DNA of 62,954 nt, the filler included, from Globobulimina sp. (Eukaryota), in assembly GCA_003354225.1 (NCBI GenBank). It is 56 parts of 56 records of this genome, joined end to end, with 100 filler letters (N's around TTAATTAATTAA, not from the genome) between each part and the next. Parts side by side here need not be neighbours in the genome. Positions count along the whole stretch, not along the records: positions 11,271 to 12,297 come from PIVH01025442.1; positions 12,398 to 13,424 come from PIVH01025443.1; positions 13,525 to 14,550 come from PIVH01025444.1; positions 14,651 to 15,676 come from PIVH01025445.1; positions 15,777 to 16,802 come from PIVH01025446.1; positions 16,903 to 17,928 come from PIVH01025447.1; positions 18,029 to 19,054 come from PIVH01025448.1; positions 19,155 to 20,180 come from PIVH01025449.1; 48 more parts are not named here. The stretch is one strand, 5' to 3'. The first letter of the stretch is position 1, and every line of letters starts with the position of its first letter. Below are positions 11,451 through 24,172 of the stretch, one piece after another. Position numbers and translations under genes: made by a program. The notes beneath the pieces were generated by a model. It saw only the letters and a program-made list of their open reading frames with translations, ran no database searches and had not been told where the DNA came from.

Positions 11451-12297
11451 TTAATTTGGAATCGATGACAATGTTTGAAACATTGAGACTAATTCTTCTT
11501 TGATATCATCGATTGTCAAATTCCATCCAATTGATAATTTACACCAAGTCCCATCATTAATAGTTTGTAATGCAATATCAAATCTTGTTTCCTTTTTACC
11601 AAAAGATAATTGTTTTTTAATTTTTTTCGACGAACCCAGCCATTTTTGAATATTATTATGATTTTTCAATGCAATTTTAATTGCAATTATTGCTGGTCCG
11701 GAACTGCCGCAATATTTTTTACACAAATCATTTGAAACATGATTGAGTAGAAAAGGATGATTGATTTGCAATAATTGGCCCGCAAACACAGCTTTGTCCA
11801 CAAGATCACGCAAATAAAATACAATATTTCTGGTGATTATGGATACATTTTCAATCCGTTTGTCTAATAATTGCGTATTTTGTAATATCCATTTGCAGTA
11901 AAATGAACTCACATGAATGCCATTAATAATAATCCAATTTGTAATCTGTTTCATTAATTTCATATTTTTTGCTTCATCCGAACATAAAATAGCACCGCCA
12001 ACGCCATTGCCACCAGAATAGAATTTAGATAATGAGATAACTGCAATATCCGCACCATACTGCAATGGATTGAATACTGCCGAGGTTAGCAACGTATTAT
12101 CGACAACAACATAACTATTTGGCGACGATAATGATTTAAATGTTGCGACTAAATCAAAATTAAAGAAATGACCATGCGGATTGGTGCACGATTCAATAAA
12201 TAAAATATTATTTGCATTCTTTACAGCTTCCGATTGAAATAAATGAATAATTTCTTCGTCGTTGGTAATATCCCCAATTACAATTTGCTCATTATTT
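11451..12297 (-). CDS. PLP-dependent Cys/Met metabolism enzyme (cystathionine gamma-lyase/synthase-like), 5' partial
   Basis: IESCTNPHG, VVVDNT, NPLQYGADIAVISLSKFYSG (PLP lysine). Confidence 0.85.
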
Positions 12298-12418
12298 NNN
12301 NNNNNNNNNNNNNNNNNNNNNNNNNNNNNNNNNNNNNNNNNTTAATTAATTAANNNNNNNNNNNNNNNNNNNNNNNNNNNNNNNNNNNNNNNNNNNNCCA
12401 AGGCATTAACCACAGCAA

Positions 12419-13405
12419 TTAATGAGAATTTGCGATCCTTTGAAAACTCAAATATTCAAAATCGTTTGCGTATATTTTATGTATCAAACTGAGAGATTCA
12501 TTGTTGAGATGTTTAAAACTAAGTTTATGTGCACATCCTCTTCGATTTATTTTATTCCGAACTGGAATATTGTTTGATGATAACTTTGAAATATTATATT
12601 TGATAAACATTTGGTCAATGTCGTTTCTAAATGTTGTTAAATTGAACACATATTTGCACATTTTACGAACATCTCCATTACGATCGACATTGTAAACATA
12701 TTGATATTGCGGTATATAATGACAATTACGATAACAAGAATTCACTACTTTGTCAATAATCATATTCAATATAATTTTTAAGAAATAGTTCAATGCCTTA
12801 GGTGTACAACTTCGTGGATCAAAATCCTCACCAAAGTTATGAGTCCAATTATATTGTGACAAAAATTTGTATGGTCTCATCCTTCGATATGGATGATATA
12901 AACTCCATTTATATTCTGATATAATTCTATCGTATGGATCACGTATGAAACAAAAATAATCCACAATATTATCAATATCAAAATATGTATCATATATTTG
13001 TTTGTCCCATAACTCGTTTGAATCCAATAATGCTTTTTGAATAAATTGCAACGGAATGTGCCAAATTGCTTCTTCTGGGCAATAATCTGTGAGCTTATTA
13101 CAAATTAATTGTTTCAAATGCTTTTTCAATTTGGGTTGTTGCTGGTAAATGAAATACGACCATGATATATTGCTATGTTTCAATGCAGATTGTTCTATCG
13201 AGGTTCCTCCTGTTTTGGGTATATGCAGAAATAATAGCTTTTTATTCGTATTTTTATGCAAATTGTTTGATTCAGTTTTAATTGGTTGCAATTGCAATGT
13301 TTGCAGTTGAGTTAGTTTGCCACTGTTGGACACGCAAAGGATTGAAAGGAACAATAGAAATATGGTGACAGCAAATAAAATGGATACCATCAATATCTGT
13401 TTCAA
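12419..13405 (-). CDS. Golgi-type sulfotransferase (Sulfotransfer_2), type II membrane protein
   Basis: N-terminal TM; FLHIPKTGGTS (5'-PSB), RDPYDRIISEY (3'-PB), HYIPQ, YANDF. Confidence 0.9.
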   Translation of the reverse strand: MKQILMVSILFAVTIFLLFLSILCVSNSGKLTQLQTLQLQPIKTESNNLHKNTNKKLLFLHIPKTGGTSIEQSALKHSNISWSYFIYQQQPKLKKHLKQLICNKLTDYCPEEAIWHIPLQFIQKALLDSNELWDKQIYDTYFDIDNIVDYFCFIRDPYDRIISEYKWSLYHPYRRMRPYKFLSQYNWTHNFGEDFDPRSCTPKALNYFLKIILNMIIDKVVNSCYRNCHYIPQYQYVYNVDRNGDVRKMCKYVFNLTTFRNDIDQMFIKYNISKLSSNNIPVRNKINRRGCAHKLSFKHLNNESLSLIHKIYANDFEYLSFQRIANSH

Positions 13406-14931
13406 TGGGCGGATGGTGTTAGACNNNNNNNNNNNNNNNNNNNNNNNNNNNNNNNNNNNNNNNNNNNNTTAATTAATTAANNNNNNNNNNNNNNNNNNNN
13501 NNNNNNNNNNNNNNNNNNNNNNNNATATTATCGGTGGTTTATTGCCAAATCTCCGACGATTTTCTGCTATGAATTGTTCCCCGGAGTTAGTGAATAAAAT
13601 TATAAATTTATACGGACATAAATTGGAAGTACTTCATCAGGATTGTTCTTATGTTACTGAATCAGGATTGTTCTTTGATTCATTCCAATGGCGGATTCCC
13701 TCTCTTATCTCAACTATCAGTGGTTGCGCCCTCTGTTGCTGTCATTAATCGTATTTTAACGAATACAGCACGTTTGGAATGGGAATGCAACAAAATCAAA
13801 ATATGACACAAATGGAGTTTCAACAGCTAATGGTACACTTAGTAAAGACACAGTATTTGCTGGAATAGGTTGGGTTGGATGTATCGTACCAAGCTTAAAC
13901 TCATGTTTGTGTACATGCCACACGTTGGATAATGCCTTTTTTATCGCATCCATAAATAACCCAAAATCATTGTACGAAATTCGTGTATGTACATTTTTGT
14001 ACATTTTTGTACATTTTTGTAATGAAAATGTAATAAAAAAAGCAAAGTTTTATATTTCGAAAGTTATGCATAAATTGAGAAGGTCGAACATTGCAAATTA
14101 TATGGCATTTGCTCGTTTTATTGTTGATGATGGATACGAGTATCAAGAATCAATCGTGAAGAGAAATAAAATGATAAAAACATTAAATCAAACATATTTA
14201 GCATTTTATGAAAGGTGTATGAATCCAAGACATGAATTTTTTGTCATTTCAAATGAAAATTGTACTATCAATGGATATTCATCTGGTTGGCAACCATTGC
14301 TTTAATCTTTTTATAATTAGACTACTGCTAAGTAAGTATTTTCTGTGACTTAACTCAAAAAGGTTCGATTACATGGCACTTACGCTCTAGTTTGCCAACT
14401 TTGAATCGGTTTTTAGATAATGAATTTAACCCATTTAAGTATTAAATTCATATGAAACCGATTCAAAGCAATCTAAAAATCGCCTCTCAGATTTACTTTT
14501 TCAATAATGGTAAATGCAAGAATTAAGAAAAATGGGCAACCAAATGGATGNNNNNNNNNNNNNNNNNNNNNNNNNNNNNNNNNNNNNNNNNNNNTTAATT
14601 AATTAANNNNNNNNNNNNNNNNNNNNNNNNNNNNNNNNNNNNNNNNNNNNCAAAAACTTCGCTTGTTGTTCATTTATTGATGACATTTATTGATGACACA
14701 CAGTCACTGTCACACATACATACAATGTAATTAATAAAAAGAATATAAAAATAGTGTAATAAGTGTATAATAAATCTCACAAAGATGTTAGAAAAAAACA
14801 ATAATTGTTTTATCTTTGATGCTGAATATCTTAATTCTTCTTCATTCTGAGAGATATTCAGCATGAAAAGCTAAAACACTTATTCTTTCTTTCCGGTTAA
14901 ACCGTTTGAAAGATTACAAAAAACAAATGCT

Positions 14932-15676
14932 TTACAGAATTCTGAGAGTTATTTCAAATTGGAATTCATCGGATTTTTGCATAAAATTGGTTGAAAATGT
15001 GCTACATTGATAATAGGTATTTTCTTTTGTGAGACAAATATTTTTACAATCTGTGTATTGTGCTTTTAAACAAAATAAGTTGCATTCTAACTTAATACTA
15101 GCCATACCATTTGAAAATCTTTTACATTTTATTCCAAATTCAGTCAATCCTTTATTTCGTTTAATATATGGAATGAAAGTAACATTCGCTTGTTGTAATT
15201 GCATAGGCCGTCGCTGACAAAATGGATATACAAATTGTGGACCTATTAATTTTTCATTATTCTTTAAATGCCAAAATTGTTTTGCCTCTCCAATCCATTT
15301 ATATTCATTAAGAAAGTTAGCAGCTTTTAAATTTTTTTCCTCTTTCCAAAACGCTAAAAAATCACCAAATTGATATTTGTCAGATTGTGGGTCAATAATT
15401 ATTAAACGGCTCCATATTTCATGAGTTAAATGTTTTTTATATTGGGATTTTATTAAATATATTTGCTGCGTTGCTGTGATCAAATAATTAAACATTGATT
15501 CTACATATTTTGGTATTCCATTCTTATTAATATTTGCATCACAATGTCGCTTCTTACTTTCTTTAATATCCTCAATTTGTGGTACGTCTGCTTCATTTTC
15601 TTCTTTTTTATAATTCTCAATCGATATCTCATCGTGTTTTACCATCAATGCTTGCTTACGTTCTTCATCTTGAATG
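14932..15676 (-). CDS. Hypothetical protein with possible MATH-like C-terminal beta-sandwich, 5' partial
   Basis: 238-aa ORF; EYKW...GPQF...FQFEITLRIL pattern. Confidence 0.45.
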
Positions 15677-15776
15677 NNNNNNNNNNNNNNNNNNNNNNNN
15701 NNNNNNNNNNNNNNNNNNNNTTAATTAATTAANNNNNNNNNNNNNNNNNNNNNNNNNNNNNNNNNNNNNNNNNNNN

Positions 15777-16357
15777 CTCAGGATGTGGTGGCAAACTACT
15801 CCGTGACCAGCAATTACAGCGACAGCGAGCAGGGCATAAAGGAGCAAATGGATAATATGGAAGACGACATTCGCGAATTGAAAGAGATGCTGTTGTCGCT
15901 CATGGATTGTACCAACAATGTGACACCGCAAATTAATGCCAATTTGGGGCCGTTGGTGCGCAAAATTAATAGAATGTATCTGATGTTGTCGGGGCCGATG
16001 GGGCCGCCAATGTCGCGGAGCTCTGAGGTGCACAATGACTCTTCGTTTATGAATAGGAGCCAAATGCAGCACAATTTGAGTAAAATGAAGAAGAAAAAGT
16101 CATTTGGCTACGATTCGGAGTTTGATAATGCGTCGGAACGGTCGTCCGGTCGTGGCGATGGCGGCAATGAGGAGGACGGCACTGTGTATGGCTGGTTGAT
16201 GCCGTATGTGAATGATTGGATGCCGTCGGTGGGATTTAGTGCCATTATATTGAGCACCATGTATTTGCTGATTAAGTATCATAAAGGGAGCTTTGTAGGG
16301 ATTGGCAGATCGCAGCCGCGCGTGTTGAGGAATAAAAAGCGGGGCAAATTAATGTAA
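15777..16357 (+). CDS. Coiled-coil protein with C-terminal TM (tail-anchored-like), 5' partial
   Basis: GC-richer ORF; SVGFSAIILSTMYLLI followed by a basic tail; T-rich 3' UTR. Confidence 0.55.
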
Positions 16358-16902
16358 GCATTTTGTTAATTTGTTCGTTTTTTTTATTATTATTTCTACT
16401 GTATTTTTCAATTTAATTTTTTTTTTCTTGTTTTTTTTTCAGTTGATTGGCTGTTTTATTTTTTTTATATAGTTTAGGCGAATCAATGTTTTAGGTCAAG
16501 TCTTATGGGTGGACACATTTTGTATTTTAAACACACGGAAGATGGTAATCACTTGCTCTCCAGTTTCAAAAAAGAAATGTTTGAAAGCAATTAACAATCA
16601 CACACAGTCAAAAATTAATAAATCATTAATTTTTGGGTATTTAATACTTGGGTATTGGGTGTTTGAGATTTGCAGATTATATATATTCGTGTGAGTCGCA
16701 TAAGAGGGCGGAATCGAGACAGTTATCAGTGAATGACAGTGGATTACTTGGCAGATTTCATCAAAAAAAACGTATAAAATGTACATAATAAATAGCAAAA
16801 AANNNNNNNNNNNNNNNNNNNNNNNNNNNNNNNNNNNNNNNNNNNNTTAATTAATTAANNNNNNNNNNNNNNNNNNNNNNNNNNNNNNNNNNNNNNNNNN
16901 NN

Positions 16903-17200
16903 ATACATTGGCAATATCTGGATATGGCTGAGATATTAATATCGCATTTTCGTTTTTTTCTTTTGCCGCAACATACTCTTTTTTTGCTTTCTTTTTTTCT
17001 TTGGTTTCGCCAATAAATAATTCGCCATCGATGTTTGCACTAAATCCACAAATAAATGCTTGTGCATCGATTGTAATCGCAAATTTTAATTCATTACTCC
17101 CATTCACATCGCTCTTGTTTTCGAATTCAAATTCATAGCAAATAGAGGCATATCTCTCTGCTATGGATGCATTGATTGAGTGTTTGTTTAAGGAAAGCAT
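16903..17200 (-). CDS. VIT (vault/inter-alpha-trypsin inhibitor) domain protein, 3' partial
   Basis: AFICGFSANIDGELFIGETKEKKKAKKEY..AK is VIT-like. Confidence 0.8.
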
Positions 17201-17233
17201 CTCAGACTGAAGTAATAAAACACGTACAGTTAG

Positions 17234-17919
17234 TTACTTCAACATTTTCTTTGATAGAGCATAGATGGAATAAACTGGAACAACAGTAAACATTACGAAG
17301 ATTCCGATTGCCATTAAAAAATATAACACTCCATTTGGTTCACTGCCATATGACGGAGACTCACTGTAAAATCTCTCTTCGTCTCCATCATTTTCATCGC
17401 AATTTTGAGCCAACTCGCATTGCTCCACTTTTGTTTTCATATAATACATTTCCTTCAAACATTCAAATATTTCAACTTTACCATTATGAGAATTGATACA
17501 CATTCCATTTGCAGCTTTAATCTGTGCATTAATGTCAAAAATGAACCTTTGATTTAAGACATCCTCACAAACTTCAACAGTCAATGCAGTCCGACTCATA
17601 TCTTTTGTATAAATACATCCTCCCATTTTACTTTGAATCCTTTCATATTTCGCATCATATTTCCATAGTTGTTCATCTTTGTCAGTGTCACTGTCACATG
17701 GAACTAGTGTCAGATCCTGAGCAATACCGTTATTTTGGAAACATCGGACACCACTCACACTCCCATCATTGTCACTTGCTTCTACAATATATTTGTAAAC
17801 ATCTCCCAATGCTGCATCTGAACAATAACAGAGAATTATATCTCAGTTTAACATTAGAGTGCAAACCGCAAACCTGTTGATAAAATGTATAATGTTAAAG
17901 TGAATGACATATATAGCAT
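17234..17919 (-). CDS. Type I membrane protein with ricin-B-like lectin domain; intron 17818..17873
   Basis: Spliced signal peptide MLYMSFTLTLYILSTDA; C..QLWKY, GGCI, NQRF, NGMCI ricin-like repeats; C-terminal TM. Confidence 0.7.
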
Positions 17920-18028
17920 TGTTTGAGTNNNNNNNNNNNNNNNNNNNNNNNNNNNNNNNNNNNNNNNNNNNNTTAATTAATTAANNNNNNNNNNNNNNNN
18001 NNNNNNNNNNNNNNNNNNNNNNNNNNNN

Positions 18029-18168
18029 GCCTTCTTTATCTCCATAGGTAACGGCAGATACGTTTCAGGATTCGGATACTCGTACTCTTCTGCATACGTA
18101 AAAGATACTGCAAAAACCAACAACAGACTTGCCAAAATGATACTTCTCCCAATTCTGTAAAACATCAT
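18029..18168 (-). CDS. Bacterial secreted protein N-terminus, partial
   Basis: GGAGGAG RBS before ATG; signal peptide ending SFTYA. Confidence 0.55.
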
Positions 18169-18316
18169 GTTCTCCTCCATTTCCATAAAAATTGATTCAT
18201 AATTTAAATACGCATCAAGGTTCTATAAACTGGAACCAGACAGGTCTTGCCGACTTTTCCGGTTCCGGATCTACCGAGTTATCAACATAACGTTCTTGAA
18301 AAGCTTCTGAGCAGGG

Positions 18317-18685
18317 TTAAATTGTCATAGCAATTTCACCACCTTCTTTCATGGCTCCTTCAATATATCCCACCCCAGTACAATCGCCAATGCTATAAAC
18401 TACAATTCCGGCTTTTTCAAGATTTTTCGCAAGATTTAAGTTCTCCTTGATACCGGTAGCAATAATGACAGAGTCTGCAACAAGCGTATGATCTTCGCCG
18501 TTCGCATCAGAAATCAGGGCTATTTTTTTCCCGTCAATTGATTTAATCCGCGTGTTTAAAAGCAGATCCACCCCGAGTTCACGAATTTCATACAATATAC
18601 GCCAGCGTCTGGGGACCGCCAGCTCTGAGCCAAGTTTCCGGCCTTCTTCTATAATCGTCACTTTCCTGTTTCGTTTATTCGTCAC
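18317..18685 (-). CDS. Bacterial NADH:flavin oxidoreductase / 2,4-dienoyl-CoA reductase-like C-terminus, truncated upstream
   Basis: KVTIIE, ADSVIIATG, IGDC.G.GYIEGA..EG. Confidence 0.75.
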   Translation of the reverse strand: MTNKRNRKVTIIEEGRKLGSELAVPRRWRILYEIRELGVDLLLNTRIKSIDGKKIALISDANGEDHTLVADSVIIATGIKENLNLAKNLEKAGIVVYSIGDCTGVGYIEGAMKEGGEIAMTI

Positions 18686-19154
18686 TTCGTAATTTCATCT
18701 CGAGTTTGTCTGCCGCTTGCTCGTTTTCGTCACCCCTTTAAAAGTAGATTGACGAAGGGACGGAGCTGTAGCGAAATCAGTCACCATAAGTCTTTCACAA
18801 CTATCATGTTGCAAGTGTTAGTATTTGCTGCCCTGTGATGAATGGTGGACAAATTAAAAACATTCGCTGGTGATCGCTATACCACCGACATTGGCATTGA
18901 TGCATTAGCATGTACTTGTAGTTTAAAATATTAAATATTGGACTTGGGCATTAGAATGCTAGCAACGAACTACGTTGATATGTATATACATGTATGGATA
19001 TGTTTGGGAGTATGTGATCGTGCTCCCCGCCAGGGGGAGACTGTGTATAAGAGANNNNNNNNNNNNNNNNNNNNNNNNNNNNNNNNNNNNNNNNNNNNTT
19101 AATTAATTAANNNNNNNNNNNNNNNNNNNNNNNNNNNNNNNNNNNNNNNNNNNN

Positions 19155-20111
19155 ATCCACCAAAACAATATTTTTAGCACCTTTAACAAGAAAGAGCTCA
19201 CAGCAATATATTATACACACTGCGGCCAATAAAATGCAATAATATATGGTATATACTGTATCGTGGCCATCAAAAATAATTTTGCTACGAATCTGTAAAA
19301 CAATGCTATACGTTAACAAAGTCACAATGCATAATTTTAAAAATAAGCCAGAATTATAATGCTTTGCGAGGAGAATAATGTGCATTGAAATTAAAATGGA
19401 GGTCGCAGCGCAGAATGATAAATATGGCGACATTTTGTGTAAAGGCAATACTTTGGGTTTTGCAATGATTATAACTAATAATTGTAAGAATGGGGTAACA
19501 AATAACATCAAAGAAAATAAAATTAAGATTATTAAATGTGTGAATTTTTTGGAATCAAAAAAAAATATTAAACATGCTAAATATAACGGTAATAAGGTGT
19601 ATAATACTTCGTGTTGCCAGCATATATATTTGTTGTCGTCTTTCAATAAAAAAGCCAATAATAATGAGGTTATATGGACACCGGCGCCCACTACAAATGA
19701 AAAAATGGCGAAATAACGTTTGTATTTTGAAAATAGTTTAATTTTAACACCGCAGCATGTGACTATTACCATCATCACACAAGAGATGGATAAGTAAATG
19801 GAAGAGGATACGTAGGCGACTGCCCATGCTTCGCCATATTGTTTGTTGGTGATGATTGCCTGTAAAATGGTGATGGTATTAATCGCGTATCCAACGCTTA
19901 GAAAAATTGATATTGCACAGATTCGGATGAGTTCTGGTACTATGGATGTATCCTTGTATGCTTCCTGTGGCTGTGGTTCTATTGGACCAACGCTAGCGCT
20001 AAAGCTCTGTGATGGCGCTGGTGGTCTCGTGTATTTTTTCTCTTCTTCTTCTTGTTTCTCGTCAAAACCATCTAACAATGGTTCTACATATGAATTACTA
20101 TTGTTTCCCAT
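19155..20111 (-). CDS. Multi-pass membrane protein with possible N-myristoylation (MGNNSN), 3' partial
   Basis: About 8 hydrophobic segments; EPLL dileucine-like motif near the N-terminus. Confidence 0.65.
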
Positions 20112-20335
20112 ACTTTTGTCTCAAGTGTATCAGACAGTTGACTTGTAATGTACTTCAATTCCTCTGCTGTTGGTTGTGTCNNNNNNNNNNNNNNNNNNNN
20201 NNNNNNNNNNNNNNNNNNNNNNNNTTAATTAATTAANNNNNNNNNNNNNNNNNNNNNNNNNNNNNNNNNNNNNNNNNNNNGTCATAGTCAAATTGTTGAT
20301 ATCTTCAAATGTGTTCAGATTATTTCTATCTATAG

Positions 20336-21306
20336 ATTGTTGATCATCCTCGTTATCTAAAAGCAAATTATTATCCGCCACAGCCTTTCTTTGGCCCATT
20401 CAACAAATCCCTATCAAACATATTCGAAAGCAACACCAACAACGTTATCAAAAACACTTTAAATTTGAACTCAATCTCAAAAAAGCACATTCCAGCCATT
20501 ATAACCAATGCCTCCACCAACAACAACAGCAACCACCGCCACGACACGCCCGTTCCCGCAAAGACAAAAAAGAGCAAACACTTAACCAGCAACATCATTG
20601 CTGCCTTCTCCGCGCCGCAACACCTCAAAAAACAGTCCATTCTCAAAGAGAACTCGCTGCCCAACCTAACCCTCAAAAACATGAAAACGCCGCCCTCCCG
20701 CTCGCACTCTACAAAGTCCACTTCGGTGTCCATACCAAACTCGACCACCACAGAAGAAGTGGCGGATATCGTCGACATCAAATTGGAGGAGCTCCACGAC
20801 CAGACATCCGATGTCGAGCTTGACTCGGACCATTCCCATGAGTCCGATACGCTTTTCCCGCTCACTATGAATTCGAACGCGTGCACCGACCCCAACCACA
20901 TGTCACTCCGCGCGCAATTATGGAGCGTTTTATTGGACTTTAACTTCAAAGAACACCAACATAAGGAGTATCTGCGTGAAATTGAAAAGGGAAATTCTAC
21001 ACATTACAATTCTAAGATATTGCGTGACGCGCAACGAACGTTTTTAACTTCTTCGGATTTCAATTCGCGGGTCTCTGAGCATCAAATTGTACGCATTTTG
21101 AACGCCTTTGTCATCAAAAATGACCGCGCGTATTGCCAAGGCATGGATGCCATTGCCGGCATAATGTTGTATGTGATGCACGAAACGTACGCCTTTCAGC
21201 TGTTAAATGTGTTGATGTCGGTGCATTTCCCACTATATTTCAAGAGTGAGAAGGATAATTTGAACTCATTGATTGGAGCGTATGCAGGCACTTTTTTGGC
21301 GTACGA
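20336..21306 (+). CDS. TBC (Rab-GAP) domain protein, Bub2/Cdc16-like, partial
   Basis: ILRDAQRTF (R finger) and YCQGM (Q finger); frame open back to a TAG acceptor at 20335. Confidence 0.85.
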
Positions 21307-21598
21307 NNNNNNNNNNNNNNNNNNNNNNNNNNNNNNNNNNNNNNNNNNNNTTAATTAATTAANNNNNNNNNNNNNNNNNNNNNNNNNNNNNNNNNNNNNN
21401 NNNNNNATATGTTTCGTATGTACACCGCTATCGTAGTTTAAAAATCCAATCTCGGCTAGAAGTGACTGTAAAAGTGACATGCTTTCAAATGTTAAGCCTC
21501 CGAACTTAGTTGGCAGTAGTCAATTATAGTGGATTGTTAGTAACAGTTTTTTCAGTGTACCTGCAGTCTCGATAATCCTAGAGCATTTTTGGGACTAA

Positions 21599-22432
21599 AT
21601 GAGAGGTAATAAAAACAAGAATAAGAACAAGGATGACTACAAAGAAGAGAAAAAACAAGCTCATGAGATTCCATTACGGGACCAAATATATGCCTATAAT
21701 GACAAGAAAATAGATAAATTTAATAAAGAGCGACCATGGAAAAAAGATCCCAAATATTTTAAGAGATGTCGTATTAATGTGTTGGCTGCCACTAAAATGG
21801 TGAAACATGCTATCCAGGGCGTGAATCAAGGCAGAAAAACTGGGGGTTTGCCTACTGAAATTATGGGTTTATTGGTTGGCAGACCTGACCCAGACACAAA
21901 TACGTTAGTCATTATGGACTGTATTGAATTACCGGTCGAAGGCAGTGAAACCAGAGTGGTTGCTGATGATGAGAAAGTATTGGGATTTATGACTAGAATG
22001 CAAGATCGCATAGAAGAGGTATTCATATTTGTTATATGCATCGCACATTCGCAATATATATATAAATAACACAGCTCAGAAAGGATAGATTTATTGGCTG
22101 GTATCATAGTCATCCATTTGAGGTTGGAGCTCATAGCAATGCGTTTTTTAGTGCTACCGACGTGAATACACAGTTATTGTGGCAAATGCAATTCGGCAAA
22201 TGGGTGGGCATTGTGGTGGATCCATTGCGCTGTTTAAGCAAACAAAAGGTGGAATTATTATCATTTATGGCGTATCCACCACAGTATGACCCACCAAAGA
22301 ATCAGGGACCAGATGGTGTTATCAATGACAGCAAGGATCAATTAGCGAAGAGGTGGGGTGCGGCCTATAATCGCTATTACGAATTAAAACATTCGTTTTT
22401 TATGGGCTCATTGGTGCGGCATAATTTAGAAA
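21599..22432 (+). CDS. CSN5: COP9 signalosome subunit 5 (JAMM deneddylase); intron 22019..22074; 3' partial
   Basis: PWKKDPKYF, EIMGLLVG, LPVEGSETRV, GWYHSHP...S..DVNTQ, IVVDPLR. Confidence 0.93.
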
Positions 22433-22532
22433 NNNNNNNNNNNNNNNNNNNNNNNNNNNNNNNNNNNNNNNNNNNNTTAATTAATTAANNNNNNNNNNNN
22501 NNNNNNNNNNNNNNNNNNNNNNNNNNNNNNNN

Positions 22533-23049
22533 ATAAGTTAGAATTTAAAAATGAATCGATATCATTTTGCGATTTTAAGACTGTTGTCGATGCATAATTT
22601 TTTCCCACTAACCATGCAAGTAAATCATGTGTCACAGCAACAGAAGATAACACATCCATTGATATCTCATAATCGATCGGATTTTGAAAATCATTATTTT
22701 TGAAATATTTTAATGTTGGATATGCATTGATATTATATGCTTGTACTATTAATGTGTTTTTCTCATTGGATGCATCCATTTTACATAATACAACATCACC
22801 AATTTCATCTTTTATTGATAAATCATTGTTAATCATATATGCGGCTGATTCGTATGCTGGGTCAAATTGTTTGCAATATTCACACCATGGTGCAAAAAAT
22901 TCAACTAATACTTTATCATTTGATTCAATGGTTACTTCAAAATTGTCTGCATCGATTGTAAGCACATATTCTGTCGAGCTATGCTCTTTGTCGTGTTGTG
23001 AGTTTATTGTGTAACAAAATACTGTTAAAGTTGCAATTAGCGCAGACAT
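22533..23049 (-). CDS. Protein disulfide isomerase-like thioredoxin domain, 3' partial
   Basis: Signal peptide; VLVEFFAPWCEYCKQF; YPTLKYF. Confidence 0.9.
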
Positions 23050-23096
23050 GATAATTGTGTACAGCTAGATTTTCACCTAAAACTTCAAAGTTGTTA

Positions 23097-23488
23097 ATGG
23101 CGATTTATACTTCCAAAAGTAAATGGAATAGTCAACAAATTCAAAAACAATTTAAAAACAAACATCATAGTGAATTCAATGCAGCTTGGAGGTAATATTA
23201 ATTATTTTTTAATTTGTATAAAATATACTACATTCCTCAAACAGCACCACTTCAAATCATTCACCAGCGTTTACAGCTTATTGCAATAAATATATTAAAG
23301 ATATTTACTCAAATTACAACAATGACAATGATATAGAAATTATTGACGAATATGAATTGAATTTAAGCATGCAACAACATTGGGAATGCACAGAATGCAC
23401 ATACAAGAATACTGAACGTGATTTATATGGCCAGTGCACACACACTTACAGCATTCTCAGTAGACCTCTACATGCTATAGCCAGGTGA
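23097..23488 (+). CDS. Small protein with partial RanBP2-type zinc finger; intron 23192..23244 (not in ORF track)
   Basis: A 53-nt GT-AG intron joins MAIYTSKSKW...AAWS to ...WECTECTYKN in frame. Confidence 0.55.
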
Positions 23489-23815
23489 TTTGGACGACAT
23501 GAAGTTCTCAACAGCTGATATAAAAAACTAAATTCCTTTTGTTTGGGGGGGGGGGTCANNNNNNNNNNNNNNNNNNNNNNNNNNNNNNNNNNNNNNNNNN
23601 NNTTAATTAATTAANNNNNNNNNNNNNNNNNNNNNNNNNNNNNNNNNNNNNNNNNNNNCCACATTCCCTCCAAGTTCTTTAATAAATATCTTAATTTAAC
23701 AAATCAATTTAATAGTCATTAATGATTCAATGAATAGTAAATTCAAAAAAATAACATTTCTTTTGTCAATAAGATGTAACAATGTCTTTTTAGTTACTTA
23801 TAAATATGTAATAAA

Positions 23816-24172
23816 TTAAATATTTTGTTGAGATCTATAGGTTTTTATGTCGACATATTTATGTCGATGCCGATCAATTATATGTCGTATTCCCATAATT
23901 GGATGCTGAAATAACATTCTAGGTCCGGCAAACCGCATTACACCTTTTATTTTTTCCCGCATATCTTTGTGATAACAGTGTATTTCACAATCCGAGCAAA
24001 CCGGCTTATCATCTGGAAAAACACATAAGTCAATCCGTTTCGAGGCAAATTCATTTATTGCATTGCAATCATCACACATCTGATTTGTTACACTGTGATG
24101 ATGATTACAAAACATTTCAACCATGACTGAAAGCGTTTTTTTTTCGCGTTCAATTCTGTTATTCAGTTTCAT
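23816..24172 (-). CDS. ygbA: YgbA-family (nitrous oxide-stimulated promoter family) Cys-rich protein, bacterial
   Basis: RIEREKKT...MFC..HH, KPVCSDCEIHCY, VMRFAGPRMLFQHP. Confidence 0.85.
   Translation of the reverse strand: MKLNNRIEREKKTLSVMVEMFCNHHHSVTNQMCDDCNAINEFASKRIDLCVFPDDKPVCSDCEIHCYHKDMREKIKGVMRFAGPRMLFQHPIMGIRHIIDRHRHKYVDIKTYRSQQNI

Noticed and set aside
13525-14550. Fragmented LRR/F-box-like ORFs, a TACATTTTTG x3 repeat and a 14-bp inverted repeat (14399..14468)
   Set aside because: Too degenerate to assign.
20336-20380. IVDHPRYL as the end of a kinase domain (TBCK-like fusion)
   Set aside because: Only a few residues are visible; the upstream exon lies outside the contig.
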